64,000 bases of DNA. Origin: Candidatus Margulisiibacteriota bacterium. Its GTDB lineage: Bacteria; Margulisbacteria; Marinamargulisbacteria; JBFWNS01. Numbering within the stretch: the first letter of the stretch is position 1; each line of letters begins with the position of its first letter. The translations under genes and the position numbers were made by a program. This document shows positions 37,218 through 47,080 of this stretch, piece after piece. Location: contig JBFWNS010000003.1 of the NCBI GenBank assembly GCA_050250935.1, positions 1-64,000 on the forward strand, read 5' to 3'. A model generated the notes under the pieces. It was not told where the DNA came from. It saw nothing but the letters and a program-made list of their open reading frames with translations, and did not search any database.

Positions 37218-38340
37218 ATGTCAGCAATTCAAGGTCCTTTTAGGTCCGCTCAGCAGTTAGGGCAAATTGTACAAAATCGTTTCGACCGTGCTAGTGCAAC
37301 TTTAACGCGAGTTGGGCGGACGGCTTTCTGAATTTTTTGATCCGAAAGACTCTCCGAAGCCGGCTCTGACTTCGGCTCAGTCTTTTGTTCGTCGTGTTAG
37401 AGCTGGCGCCTCAGATTTAGATAACGCTAAACGGCTGATTGTCAAAATGGATATAGAAGCGCTTGCTTCTAAGGATTGTACTCAGAATACGCTTGATAAT
37501 TTGCAGCAATTTATTAAAACGACGGGTTTTGATCTTAAATTCCATGAACCGTCTTTGAGACTGGTTTTGACAGCTTTATTTGACAAGTCTTCTGAATTGC
37601 AGCTTGAAGATCGGCTTGTGTTTTTGAAGGCCTGTTCAAAAATGGCTATTGATTATTCTGCTCTATTAAGCGAAATAATAGGGGGCAGCCGTGACGAATC
37701 TGAAATGGGGTTGGCAAAACCTTGGTTTGATCTTATTCGAAAGGTAGATGAGGCGATTTCTAATCTTCAAATCGAATCTTTATCTTCTGTCGTTCCGCCT
37801 CGGGTGCCTGCCCATATTCGAGAAGTTGCTCTGGAAAAAAAGTCAGAGCAGGCTGGTTCTGTGGAACAAATTTTGGCAAAGACCGTCTCGCAATTGTCTG
37901 ATAAATTAAGTTCTCAGTATCGTGATTATGCTGACAATAGGGGTGCTACGGTTGCGTTTCAAACCAGGATAGCAGAGATCTATTTTCAAGGTATAACTAG
38001 GCTTGAAGATGCGCGTTTGACTGCATTTCCTCCTTACACGACTTTGAATTTAGAGTCCTTGGACGCCAAATTGATCCAAATTCGACAGTCCCTTGAAGAA
38101 GCAAAAAAAGATGTTCCAAGGACTATTGCGGAAGATGTGTTTTCAGCGGAAAAAATACAGGCCGAATTGCAGGAAATTAAAAAAAGGGTTCTTGAAAAAG
38201 TGTTGACTTTGTTAAAACCTCTTCCATTAATAGAGCCTGCAGAGAGGGTTCGCGTTAAAGCCCTTTGGGATGCTTATCAAGAATTGCCTGGGGCAAATTC
38301 GGATTTGATTCTGCATAAAAAGTTTTTAGGGCAGCTTTAA
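37218..38340 (+). CDS. Hypothetical helical protein, apparently frameshifted near the 5' end
   Basis: Strong SD plus ATG 37218 closes at TGA 37329-37331; the long 342-aa frame (+1) opens only after TAA 37303-37305. Confidence 0.5.
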
Positions 38341-39142
38341 TTGCCCGAATTTGCTGGATATTTCCGGTTAAGATAAACAGTGCCAAACTAATGAGGTGGT
38401 GACTCCACCGTCGTAGTCCGCGAAGGTTTTGCCAGTGAAACAGCAGTTTGTTTCGTTCATAAATGGCATCGACTTCCGCTTTTGTGTAGTGGCTTCCAAT
38501 GGTGCCTTGGTGGCAATGCAAAAACGTTGCGGCGTTGGTGTAAAGGCTTTTAAGGTTCTGTTGCCAGCCGCGGTAGCCCAGATCCAGATCTTCAAAATAG
38601 AATGGTGAATAGATGGGGTTAAAGCCTTTAAACGCGTCAAAAACACTTTTTTTGATGAAGACACCACCCCCGCAGCCCCAGGCGATGGAGCGGCCTTCGA
38701 TCAGGTCTTCGGGTTTTGCGTCCATCACATCACCATGTAAAAAACCGCCGGCAAACTGGGTGACGGTGATGGATTCAATTTTGCCATAGCGCTGGTTGAT
38801 GATTTTGGGGGTGACTGAAAAGACATCGGGCTGGGACAAATAGGCCAAAATGGGGTCAAAATCCAGGGTTTCGATTTTGATGTCCGAATTCAAAAACAGC
38901 AAAATGGGATACTGGGCTGCTGCAGCACCTGCGTTGGCGGTGATGGAAAATCCCGAATTGACGGGGTTTTGAATTTGGCGAACCTTGGGATGATCGGTGG
39001 TATAGCCGCCATCGGTGCTGGCATCGTCGACCAAGATCACCTCGTAGGGATGGCCAAGGGTATCCAGAATGGCCAAATTGTTTGGCAAGAATTGGTCGAG
39101 CAGGTGTTTACCGTTAAAATTGGGAATGATGACAGAAAGCAT
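38255..39142 (-). CDS. GT2 glycosyltransferase (WbbL-like)
   Basis: SVIIPNFNG, VDDASTDG, NSGFS..N.G, FLNSD, YFEDLDL. Confidence 0.9.
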   Translation of the reverse strand: MLSVIIPNFNGKHLLDQFLPNNLAILDTLGHPYEVILVDDASTDGGYTTDHPKVRQIQNPVNSGFSITANAGAAAAQYPILLFLNSDIKIETLDFDPILAYLSQPDVFSVTPKIINQRYGKIESITVTQFAGGFLHGDVMDAKPEDLIEGRSIAWGCGGGVFIKKSVFDAFKGFNPIYSPFYFEDLDLGYRGWQQNLKSLYTNAATFLHCHQGTIGSHYTKAEVDAIYERNKLLFHWQNLRGLRRWSHHLISLALFILTGNIQQIRAIKAALKTFYAESNPNLPQAILDKHPKGL

Positions 39143-39222
39143 GGTAAATACTAAGGGTTTTCATGGGTGGATTGGATGGGTTACAGTATAGGTCTAAATC
39201 CGTCCCTTAGGAAACCATTAAA

Positions 39223-40245
39223 ATGACACCACATTCTTCCATGCAACCGTCCATTGACCCTGCCGTCATCAACGGTAAAGTGATTTTGATTACCGGCGGC
39301 ACAGGCTCGTTTGGTAAGGCGTTTGTGAAACATATTTTGGCGCATTATTCGCCCAAAAAATTGATTATTTTTTCCCGAGATGAACTGAAACAATTTGAAA
39401 TGCAGCAAGAATTTCCCAACCGTGGCGTGTTGCGCTATTTTCTGGGTGATATTCGCGATCAAGACCGCTTAAAACGGGCCTTTAAAGGCGTGGACATTAT
39501 TGTGCATGCCGCGGCCATGAAACAGGTGGAAGCTTCGGAATACAATCCTTTCGAAGCTGTCAAAACCAATGTGATCGGGGCCGAAAACATCATTTCCGAA
39601 GCCATCGATCAAAAAGTAAAGCGGGTGATTGTGTTAAGCACCGATAAAGCGGCAAGTCCCGTGAATTTGTATGGGGCAACAAAGTTGTGTATGGAAAAGC
39701 TGTTTGTTGCCGCCAACAACTATGCCGATCCCGATTCGCCCACGGTGTTTAGTGTGGTGCGGTATGGCAATGTGGTGGGCAGTCGAGGTTCTGTAGTGCC
39801 GTTTTTCTTGCGAAAAAAATCCGAGGGTGTGTTGCCCATTACCGATCCGCGCATGACCCGATTCTGGATTACCTTGCCCCAGGCTGTGGATTTTGTGTTG
39901 CAGTCCTTGCAAGACATGAAAGGGGCCGAGATTTTTATCCCCAAACTCCCCACCATGAACATTGTCGATTTGGCCAAAGCTTTGGCGCCCGAGTGCAAAC
40001 AGGAAATCATTGGTATTCGTCCTGGCGAAAAAATCCACGAAGCCATGATGACGGAAGACGAATCTTACAACGCCATCGAGCAAGACACCCGATACATCAT
40101 TCAAACCAAAAGTAATTTTAGGGAAATTCACCCGCATACGGGTGGGGCGGTCGAAGAAGGCTTTCGCTATTCCAGCGACACGGCTCCAGACAAGCTGAAC
40201 GTGGATCAGTTATTGGCCATGTTGAAAACCATTACGGTCGAATGA
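39223..40245 (+). CDS. pseB: UDP-GlcNAc 4,6-dehydratase (inverting)
   Basis: ITGGTGSFG, FSRDELKQ, EYNPFE, STDKA, RYGNVVGSRGSVVP, GIRPGEKIHE. Confidence 0.93.
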   Translation: MTPHSSMQPSIDPAVINGKVILITGGTGSFGKAFVKHILAHYSPKKLIIFSRDELKQFEMQQEFPNRGVLRYFLGDIRDQDRLKRAFKGVDIIVHAAAMKQVEASEYNPFEAVKTNVIGAENIISEAIDQKVKRVIVLSTDKAASPVNLYGATKLCMEKLFVAANNYADPDSPTVFSVVRYGNVVGSRGSVVPFFLRKKSEGVLPITDPRMTRFWITLPQAVDFVLQSLQDMKGAEIFIPKLPTMNIVDLAKALAPECKQEIIGIRPGEKIHEAMMTEDESYNAIEQDTRYIIQTKSNFREIHPHTGGAVEEGFRYSSDTAPDKLNVDQLLAMLKTITVE

Positions 40246-41393
40246 CCTCTTTTTTGCCGTATTCCACCCAACATATCGACGAAGACGATATCCAAGCGGT
40301 GGTGTCGGTGTTGCGGTCTTCGCACCTAACCCAAGGGCCTGCCATTGCCCAATTCGAAACGGATATTGCCCAGAAAGTGGGGGCACAATTTGGGGTGGCG
40401 GTGTCGAATGGGACGGCGGCTTTGCACCTGTGTTGTCTGGCGATTGGCCTTTCAGAAGGCGACGAGGTGATTACCACCCCCAATACGTTTGTGGCCTCGG
40501 CCAATGCTGCCCTCTATTGTGGGGCAATCCCTGTTTTTGCCGATATTAATTCCGATACGGGTTTAATTGATGTGGCGCAAATTGAAGCCAAAATAACCCC
40601 AAAAACCAAGGCCATTATTCCGGTTGATTTTTCGGGAACACCCACCGATTTGGAGCCTATTTTTGCCTTGGCCAAACGCCATGGTTTGGTGGTGATTCAG
40701 GATGCCTGCCATTCTCTGGGGGCCACCTACCAGGATCAGGTTGTGGGGAACAATGCTTTTGCCCACATGACGGTGTTTAGCTTTCATCCCGTTAAACCGC
40801 TCACCACAGGGGAAGGGGGCTTGATCACCACCAACGATCCAGCGCTATACGACAAACTGGTGCTTTTGCGCACCCATGGCATTACCAAAGACCCCGAAAA
40901 ATTGTCTCAAAATCCCGGTCCTTGGTACTACGAAATGACGGCCTTGGGCTTCAACTACCGCATGACTGATCTTCAAGCCGCCTTGGGCAGTTCTCAACTT
41001 CGAAAGCTAGATGCTTTTACTCAAAAAAGGCAGGCGCTGGCCGCTGTTTATGATGCTGCCTTTGCCGATTGGACCTGGTTAACGCCCTTGCGCGTGCCCG
41101 CCCATAGAACTTCGGCCCGGCATTTGTACGTTGTCAAAATCAATTTTGAAGCCATTGGCAAAACAAGAGCCGAGGTGATGGCTCATCTTAAAGACCGGGG
41201 CATCGGTTCTCAGGTTCACTATGCGCCGGTTTACGATCAGCCTTACTACCACCGTTTCCTGGCGTGTCGTCCCAACTGCCCCAACATGGATGCGTATTAT
41301 GCCCAAGCCTTAAGTTTGCCTTTGTATCCTGCACTTGAGGCCTCGGATCAACACCGTGTGGTGGAGGCCCTGCATGACCTTACCCGAACTTAA
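40242..41393 (+). CDS. pseC: UDP-4-amino-4,6-dideoxy-AltNAc transaminase
   Basis: LTQGP, SNGTAALH, DACHSLG, FSFHPVK..TTGEGG, LGFNYRMTD. Confidence 0.9.
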   Translation: MTSFLPYSTQHIDEDDIQAVVSVLRSSHLTQGPAIAQFETDIAQKVGAQFGVAVSNGTAALHLCCLAIGLSEGDEVITTPNTFVASANAALYCGAIPVFADINSDTGLIDVAQIEAKITPKTKAIIPVDFSGTPTDLEPIFALAKRHGLVVIQDACHSLGATYQDQVVGNNAFAHMTVFSFHPVKPLTTGEGGLITTNDPALYDKLVLLRTHGITKDPEKLSQNPGPWYYEMTALGFNYRMTDLQAALGSSQLRKLDAFTQKRQALAAVYDAAFADWTWLTPLRVPAHRTSARHLYVVKINFEAIGKTRAEVMAHLKDRGIGSQVHYAPVYDQPYYHRFLACRPNCPNMDAYYAQALSLPLYPALEASDQHRVVEALHDLTRT

Positions 41394-42294
41394 CTGGCAT
41401 GGCATGACCCTGCCCCAGCTGGTGTTGGGGACGGTGCAATTGGGGTTGCCATACGGCGTGGCCAATGTGTCGGGCCAACCCAGCTTCGACGAAGCCCAAA
41501 CCATGATTACCTGCGCGCTGGAATCCGGGCTGACGTGGTTTGATACCGCCCAATCTTATGGCGACAGCGAAGCGGTGTTGGGCGCTTCTTTTTTAAGCTC
41601 CAAGATTCAACCCACTGTGATTACCAAGCTGCATCCCGATTTGGACCCTACCGATTCAAAGGCTGTTTTCGAGTCGATTCGGTTGTCGTGTCAAATTTTA
41701 AACCAGCCCACCATTTTTGCCGTTTTACTGCACCGGGCCGAGGCTTTGGCATTTTGGGACAAAGGGTTGGGCGAGGGTTTGTTAAGGGCCAAGGATGCGG
41801 GCTTGGTTCAGTTGTTGGGGGTTTCGGTGTACGAACCCGACGAATTGAAGGCCGTCACCGAGCATCCCCACATGGCTGTTGCCCAGTTGCCGTTTAATGC
41901 CTGGGACAATCGCTTTTTGACCACTCATGCTTTAACAGAGGCCCAAAACAACGGGGTATTGTGCTTTGCTCGAAGCATTTTTTTACAAGGGCTGTTGTTA
42001 ATGCCCCCTGCTGCCATCGAGTCGAGGGTTCCGGGGTCCTTGCCCATTGCCACGGCCTGGGAGGGCTTATGCGTGTCCTTGAACCTGAACCCCGAACAAG
42101 TGGCGATCCGCTATGCCAAAGCCTTTGGGCTGCCCTTGGTTTTGGGTGTCGAACGATTGGGTCAATTGCAAAACAACCTCAGTCTGATCCTAGAACCGGC
42201 GTTTGATATCCAAACCGTTCAGCACATCGCCAAAACCCTTCATCCTTTTTCCAAAAAAGAAATTGTCAACCCGAGTTTGTGGCCAGTATCATAG
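41374..42294 (+). CDS. Aldo/keto reductase
   Basis: LGTVQLG..YG, FDTAQSYGDSE, ITK, LLH, GVSVY, RSIFLQG. Confidence 0.88.
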   Translation: MTLPELNWHGMTLPQLVLGTVQLGLPYGVANVSGQPSFDEAQTMITCALESGLTWFDTAQSYGDSEAVLGASFLSSKIQPTVITKLHPDLDPTDSKAVFESIRLSCQILNQPTIFAVLLHRAEALAFWDKGLGEGLLRAKDAGLVQLLGVSVYEPDELKAVTEHPHMAVAQLPFNAWDNRFLTTHALTEAQNNGVLCFARSIFLQGLLLMPPAAIESRVPGSLPIATAWEGLCVSLNLNPEQVAIRYAKAFGLPLVLGVERLGQLQNNLSLILEPAFDIQTVQHIAKTLHPFSKKEIVNPSLWPVS

Positions 42295-42299
42295 ATTCC

Positions 42300-43619
42300 A
42301 TGACTATCCCCAAAAGCCTAGAGCTTCAAGACCGCGCAAAAAAACGGATTCCCGGGTGGAATCAACTGTTGTCCAAACGTCCAGATCAATTTTCGGCTGG
42401 GGTATGGCCTGGCTATTTTGACAAAGCTTCGGGTGCCGAGGTTTGGGATTTGGATGGCAATCGCTATATCGATATGAGTATTTCGGGCATTGGTGCCAAT
42501 GTGTTGGGCTATGCAGACCCCGATGTTAATGCCGCAGTGGTCGAGGCCATTTCACGCGGTTCATCAAGTTCGTTAAATTGTTATGAAGAAGTGGAATTGG
42601 CCGAAGCTTTGTGCCGGTTGCACCCTTGGGCCGAACAAGCGCGTTTTACCCGAACTGGCGGGGAATCCATGGCTGTTGCGGTTCGGATTGCCAGAGCTCA
42701 CACCCAACGCAGTGTGGTGGCGTTTTGTGGCTATCACGGTTGGCACGATTGGTATTTGGCCGCGAATTTGAAAGGCTCAGAAGCGCTGAACGATCATTTG
42801 TTAAAAGGGTTGGAGCCCGTTGGGGTTCCCAAAGAGTTGGCCGGAACCGCTTTGCCGTTTCGGTTTAACGATATCGAGGCTCTGGAAGCCATTGCCAGAA
42901 CCCATGGCGATCGTTTGGCGGCCATTGTGTTGGAGCCCATTCGCAACGATAAGCCGACCCCCGAATTCCAGGCCGCACTGACCCGCATCAAAAACCAAAC
43001 GGGTGCTGTGGTGATTATTGATGAAATTTCGGCAGGGTTTCGCCTGACCCCAGGTGGGGCACATTTGGTGTTGGGTTATGATTCTCCAGACATGGCTGTG
43101 TTTTCCAAAGCCCTGGGAAATGGGTTTCCCATTGGCGCCATCATCGGCAAAGCGGCGGTGATGGAATCGGCCAAAGACAGTTTCATCAGCAGCACCAATT
43201 GGACGGAACGCACGGGCTATGTTGCCGCCCTGGCTGTGATTAAAAAATACACCGAAAACAAGGTCCACGAGCATTTGGTTGCCACGGGAACGGACATCCA
43301 GACGGGTTGGAAACAAGCGGCCGAAAAAACGGGGCTTTCCATTACTGTCAGTGGGATTCCGCCCCTAAGCCATTTTGGATTTGTCTCTGATTCGCCCTTG
43401 GTGTTGAAGGCCTATTTTGTGCAATTGATGTTGGAGCAAGGCTTTTTGGCTTCGAATTTATTTTATTCCATGTATGCCCATACCCCAGCGCATGTGGCGG
43501 GCTATTTGGCAGCGGTGGAAAAAGCCTTTGCCCAGATTCAGCAGGCCGTTGATCAAGGTGATGTTTTGTCTCGTTTAAAAGGTAAGCCTGCGAATTCTGG
43601 CTTTTTGAGGCTCAATTAA
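42300..43619 (+). CDS. Class III aminotransferase (GSA-aminomutase-like, glycan-cluster type)
   Basis: WDLDGNRYID, GYHGWHDW, IDEISAGFR, FSKALGNG. Confidence 0.88.
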   Translation: MTIPKSLELQDRAKKRIPGWNQLLSKRPDQFSAGVWPGYFDKASGAEVWDLDGNRYIDMSISGIGANVLGYADPDVNAAVVEAISRGSSSSLNCYEEVELAEALCRLHPWAEQARFTRTGGESMAVAVRIARAHTQRSVVAFCGYHGWHDWYLAANLKGSEALNDHLLKGLEPVGVPKELAGTALPFRFNDIEALEAIARTHGDRLAAIVLEPIRNDKPTPEFQAALTRIKNQTGAVVIIDEISAGFRLTPGGAHLVLGYDSPDMAVFSKALGNGFPIGAIIGKAAVMESAKDSFISSTNWTERTGYVAALAVIKKYTENKVHEHLVATGTDIQTGWKQAAEKTGLSITVSGIPPLSHFGFVSDSPLVLKAYFVQLMLEQGFLASNLFYSMYAHTPAHVAGYLAAVEKAFAQIQQAVDQGDVLSRLKGKPANSGFLRLN

Positions 43620-43621
43620 TC

Positions 43622-44671
43622 ATGAAGGTGACGATTCAAGGGCGGGAGATTGGTCCTGGAAAACCGACCTACATCATTGCCGAAATGTCGGGGAATCACA
43701 AAGGCGATCTGCAAAAGGCGCTGGCCATTGTGGGACAGGCCAAGGCAGCAGGTGCTGATGCCATCAAGCTTCAGACCTATCGGGCCGATACCATTACCCT
43801 CGATTCTCAAAAACCCGATTTTTTGATTCCCGAAAACGATCCCTGGCACTACAAAGGAAATTTGTTTGCGCTGTATGAGGAAGCGTTTACGCCATGGGAA
43901 TGGCATGCGGCCTTGTTCGAAGAAGCCAAGCGGGTGGGGATTGCCATTTTTTCCTCGCCATTCGACTTAACGGCTGTCGACTTTTTGGAAACCTTGGGAT
44001 GCCCGGCCTATAAAATTGCGTCTCCAGAAATCACTGATATTCCGTTGTTGCGCCGCGTTGCCCAAACTAGAAAACCTGTGATTATGTCCACCGGATTGGC
44101 CGAATTGCCCGATATCGCGTTGGCCGTAGAAACCCTCAAGCAAAACGGCTGTACCGAATATATTTTGCTAAAATGCACAGCCAGCTATCCGGCGCCACCC
44201 GAACGCATGAATTTGCTCACCATCCCCGACATGATTCGACGGTTTGGGTGTTTGGCTGGATTGTCCGACCATACCTTGGGCATTGGCGTACCTGTGGCTT
44301 CGGTGGCACTGGGTGCGACAGTAATCGAAAAACATTTCATGAGCGATAAAGACGACCAAACAGTGGATAGCTTTTTTTCGTTGGATCCAGTCACTTTTAA
44401 ACAAATGGTCGACGAAGTTCGTAAGGTTGAATTGGCCTTGGGAGGGGTGGTTTACGACGTTTTTGGAGATCCGGGAACAAAATTCAAAGCCCGGCGGTCT
44501 TTGTATATCAGTACCCCCATTAAAGCTGGTGAACCTTTAACTGCGTCGCATGTAAAATCGGTTCGCCCCAGTTGGGGTCTACATCCGAAACACTACGATG
44601 CCGTTTTGGGGCGTGTGGTGAATCGGGATCTTGATAAAGGAGACCGATTGAACCTTGAAGACCTTACCTAG
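43622..44671 (+). CDS. pseI: Pseudaminic acid synthase
   Basis: IAEMSGNH, KLQTY..DTIT, TPWEWH, KIASPE, GLSDHT, IEKH; SAF tail. Confidence 0.92.
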   Translation: MKVTIQGREIGPGKPTYIIAEMSGNHKGDLQKALAIVGQAKAAGADAIKLQTYRADTITLDSQKPDFLIPENDPWHYKGNLFALYEEAFTPWEWHAALFEEAKRVGIAIFSSPFDLTAVDFLETLGCPAYKIASPEITDIPLLRRVAQTRKPVIMSTGLAELPDIALAVETLKQNGCTEYILLKCTASYPAPPERMNLLTIPDMIRRFGCLAGLSDHTLGIGVPVASVALGATVIEKHFMSDKDDQTVDSFFSLDPVTFKQMVDEVRKVELALGGVVYDVFGDPGTKFKARRSLYISTPIKAGEPLTASHVKSVRPSWGLHPKHYDAVLGRVVNRDLDKGDRLNLEDLT

Positions 44672-45437
44672 ACACGTTGTTGCCATTATCCAAGCCCGCC
44701 AAGGGTCCTCGCGTTTGCCAGGGAAAACCCTAACCCCACTTTGGGGCTCCAAAACCGTTCTCGAGGTGATGTTGGACCGCGTTCGTCCCGCAAAAACCCT
44801 AAACCAAATTGTCGTGGCCACCACCACCGAATCCAGAGACGATGCTGTTGAAACCTTGTGTAAAACCTTGGGTGTCGGCTGTTTTCGGGGCAGCGAAGAT
44901 GATGTTTTAGACCGGTTTTATCAAGCCGCGACACATTTTAAGGCTACCCATGTGCTGCGTTTAACCGCAGACTGCCCCCTCCACGACTACGAAGTAATCG
45001 ACCGTTTGGTGTCGACATTTTTCGAAGCCAGTGCCGATTATGCAGCCAATGCTTTGGAACACACCTATCCCGATGGCTTTGATGCTGAAGTGTTTACCTA
45101 TGAGGCTTTAAAACGGGCCCATACCGAGGCCAAAAAACCTTCGGAACGCGAGCACGTCACCCCCTATATTAATCAACACCGGGACCTGTTTAAAATCGTT
45201 AATGTTGCCCACCACCGCGATGCTTCCAACATGAGACTGACCCTGGACGAGCCCAGCGATTTTAAACTGATCGCCACCGTGGTCAACGCATTGTTTACCC
45301 CAGACCGTTTTGTCCATTTGGATGAGATTATCGATTATTTGGAGGCCAACCCAGACCTATTGGCCATTAATGGATCCATCCCCCGAAACGAGGGGTATCT
45401 TAAATCCCTTAAAAAGGATCTAGAGCAGCTCAGTTAG
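44655..45437 (+). CDS. SpsF-type cytidylyltransferase (likely PseF role)
   Basis: IIQARQGSSRLPGK, RGSEDDVLDRF, RLTADCP, YPDG, REHVT, RLTLD. Confidence 0.88.
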   Translation: MKTLPRHVVAIIQARQGSSRLPGKTLTPLWGSKTVLEVMLDRVRPAKTLNQIVVATTTESRDDAVETLCKTLGVGCFRGSEDDVLDRFYQAATHFKATHVLRLTADCPLHDYEVIDRLVSTFFEASADYAANALEHTYPDGFDAEVFTYEALKRAHTEAKKPSEREHVTPYINQHRDLFKIVNVAHHRDASNMRLTLDEPSDFKLIATVVNALFTPDRFVHLDEIIDYLEANPDLLAINGSIPRNEGYLKSLKKDLEQLS

Positions 45438-46006
45438 CTCGGCTCAGATTTGACCTGTTTTGTGGAAATCAGTGCCAAATACGTTTCTAAGGTTATTCCC
45501 ATGATCAAAACGTTTTCCCATTGTCCTTGATAGCGTGCAAAGTTCTTTAATGTGCCTTCGATCTTGAAGCCCATGCGTTTGTGAATCTCAATAACTGACA
45601 CATTTTGCTCAAATATTTCTAATTTGAGAGTTTTATAATTGAGGAGTTCAAAACAGATGCTTTGAGCAATTTTGTCAAATTTAAACCCCAAGCCAAGTTG
45701 ATTCTCGTGTGGGTTGGCATACATTCCAAAGTATGCTGATTGATTGTTTGGGAGTAATTTAAAAGATAAAACCCCAAGTTTTGCATTTTGTTGGTCTTTG
45801 ACTAAATAATAGTGGTTATTAGTCCCTTTAAGACCTTGAACAAATTCCAAATGATCTGAAAGGGTAATGGGTTGGCTGTTATACATCCAGTCCCTAACGC
45901 TGTCTGTATTGCGCCAGATCAAAATTTCTTCGAGCTGACTTGTTGTGAGTTGAGTAAACGATTCTAAACAGAACGTTTCGATTTGTAATACGCTAGCCAA
46001 AGACAT
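45434..46006 (-). CDS. pseH: PseH-like GNAT N-acyltransferase
   Basis: ILIWRN..VR.WM, IT..DHLEF, LKLEIFEQN..VIEIHKRMGF..EG. Confidence 0.78.
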   Translation of the reverse strand: MSLASVLQIETFCLESFTQLTTSQLEEILIWRNTDSVRDWMYNSQPITLSDHLEFVQGLKGTNNHYYLVKDQQNAKLGVLSFKLLPNNQSAYFGMYANPHENQLGLGFKFDKIAQSICFELLNYKTLKLEIFEQNVSVIEIHKRMGFKIEGTLKNFARYQGQWENVLIMGITLETYLALISTKQVKSEPS

Positions 46007-47069
46007 TGAGTATCTCCTGAATCACGCGATTTGTTCCATTGCCATCAACAAGATTATATCCTTTTTTGCTTGTGGAATAGTGTAATTTGGGTTTGGTTAA
46101 GAGTTTGTTAAGTAAGTTTCTTAGTTCTGATTTATAGGATTGGTCTGGACACAAAAAAATTAGCCCCGAATCGGATAATGTTTTAACGGATTCTATTTGG
46201 TTTTCTGCGACTGCTGTTACAATTGCAGGTAGACCAAGGCAAAACCGTTCCCAATTGGTGCTTCCGCCAGCTCCAATGGCTAAGTCAGATTGGCTCATCA
46301 GTTTTGCAAACTGGGTTACGTGCATATGGTGCTGAAAACCCTGTTGCTTGCAGAGGGTTTGTACATGTTGAAAGTGAGGGGCGTTATTTCCTAGGATAAC
46401 GGTCACTCCAAAATTTTTATATTCTTGTATTATTTCCAGGGCGGGCAGCGTGAGTTGAAGTGGGTCAGTGGCCCCAAAATAGACCATAAGATTCTGAATT
46501 CGTGTTTTCATTTTAAGCTTGGAAGGTCGATAGTCTTTAAACTCATCTCGAACTAAGGCATAATTGGGCCCGATGAGTTGGTTTGTGTTTTCTTCAACCA
46601 AAGATATGTATCGAGAATGCATGTCTAAGTAATAATTTTGATCCAATAAAAGTTCACAAGTGTGGGGCCGATTCGCTAGATCATCAATAACCATAATGGC
46701 ACGCGTGTACTTTTTGACGGCCTTTTCCCATTTATGATCGAGGCCATAATGGTCCACGATAACCCAATCACAGCCTGCTTTTGGCAAATGTTCTATAAAT
46801 TCTTTTGCATCGTTTTCTTGGGATGCGCCAACCCAATCGCCGTAGTTCGCATAAGACAAGGGGGTGATAGGTTTTTTTAGAGTATGAATTTTAAAACCAA
46901 GAGACTCAATATAGGCTAAATGATTTCCAGGATGTGGCCTTGAAACAAAATGACAGTCAATTCCTATTGCTTTGAGCCCTAGTGCAAGTGTTAAACAACG
47001 CATAACGTGACCAGATCCAATTTGATTGGAAGAATCTGCACGAAAAAAGACTGATTTGATCGATGTCAT
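45993..47069 (-). CDS. pseG: UDP-2,4-diacetamido-trideoxy-altropyranose hydrolase
   Basis: FRADSSNQIGSGHVMRCL, IVDHY, VIDDLA, AGGSTNWER, AENQ, VDGNG..RV. Confidence 0.9.
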   Translation of the reverse strand: MTSIKSVFFRADSSNQIGSGHVMRCLTLALGLKAIGIDCHFVSRPHPGNHLAYIESLGFKIHTLKKPITPLSYANYGDWVGASQENDAKEFIEHLPKAGCDWVIVDHYGLDHKWEKAVKKYTRAIMVIDDLANRPHTCELLLDQNYYLDMHSRYISLVEENTNQLIGPNYALVRDEFKDYRPSKLKMKTRIQNLMVYFGATDPLQLTLPALEIIQEYKNFGVTVILGNNAPHFQHVQTLCKQQGFQHHMHVTQFAKLMSQSDLAIGAGGSTNWERFCLGLPAIVTAVAENQIESVKTLSDSGLIFLCPDQSYKSELRNLLNKLLTKPKLHYSTSKKGYNLVDGNGTNRVIQEILNVFG

Positions 47070-47080
47070 AACGGAGACAT

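Noticed and set aside
42300..43619. hemL (tetrapyrrole GSA aminomutase)
   Set aside because: The GYHGWHDW motif and position inside the pse operon indicate the glycan-associated paralog.
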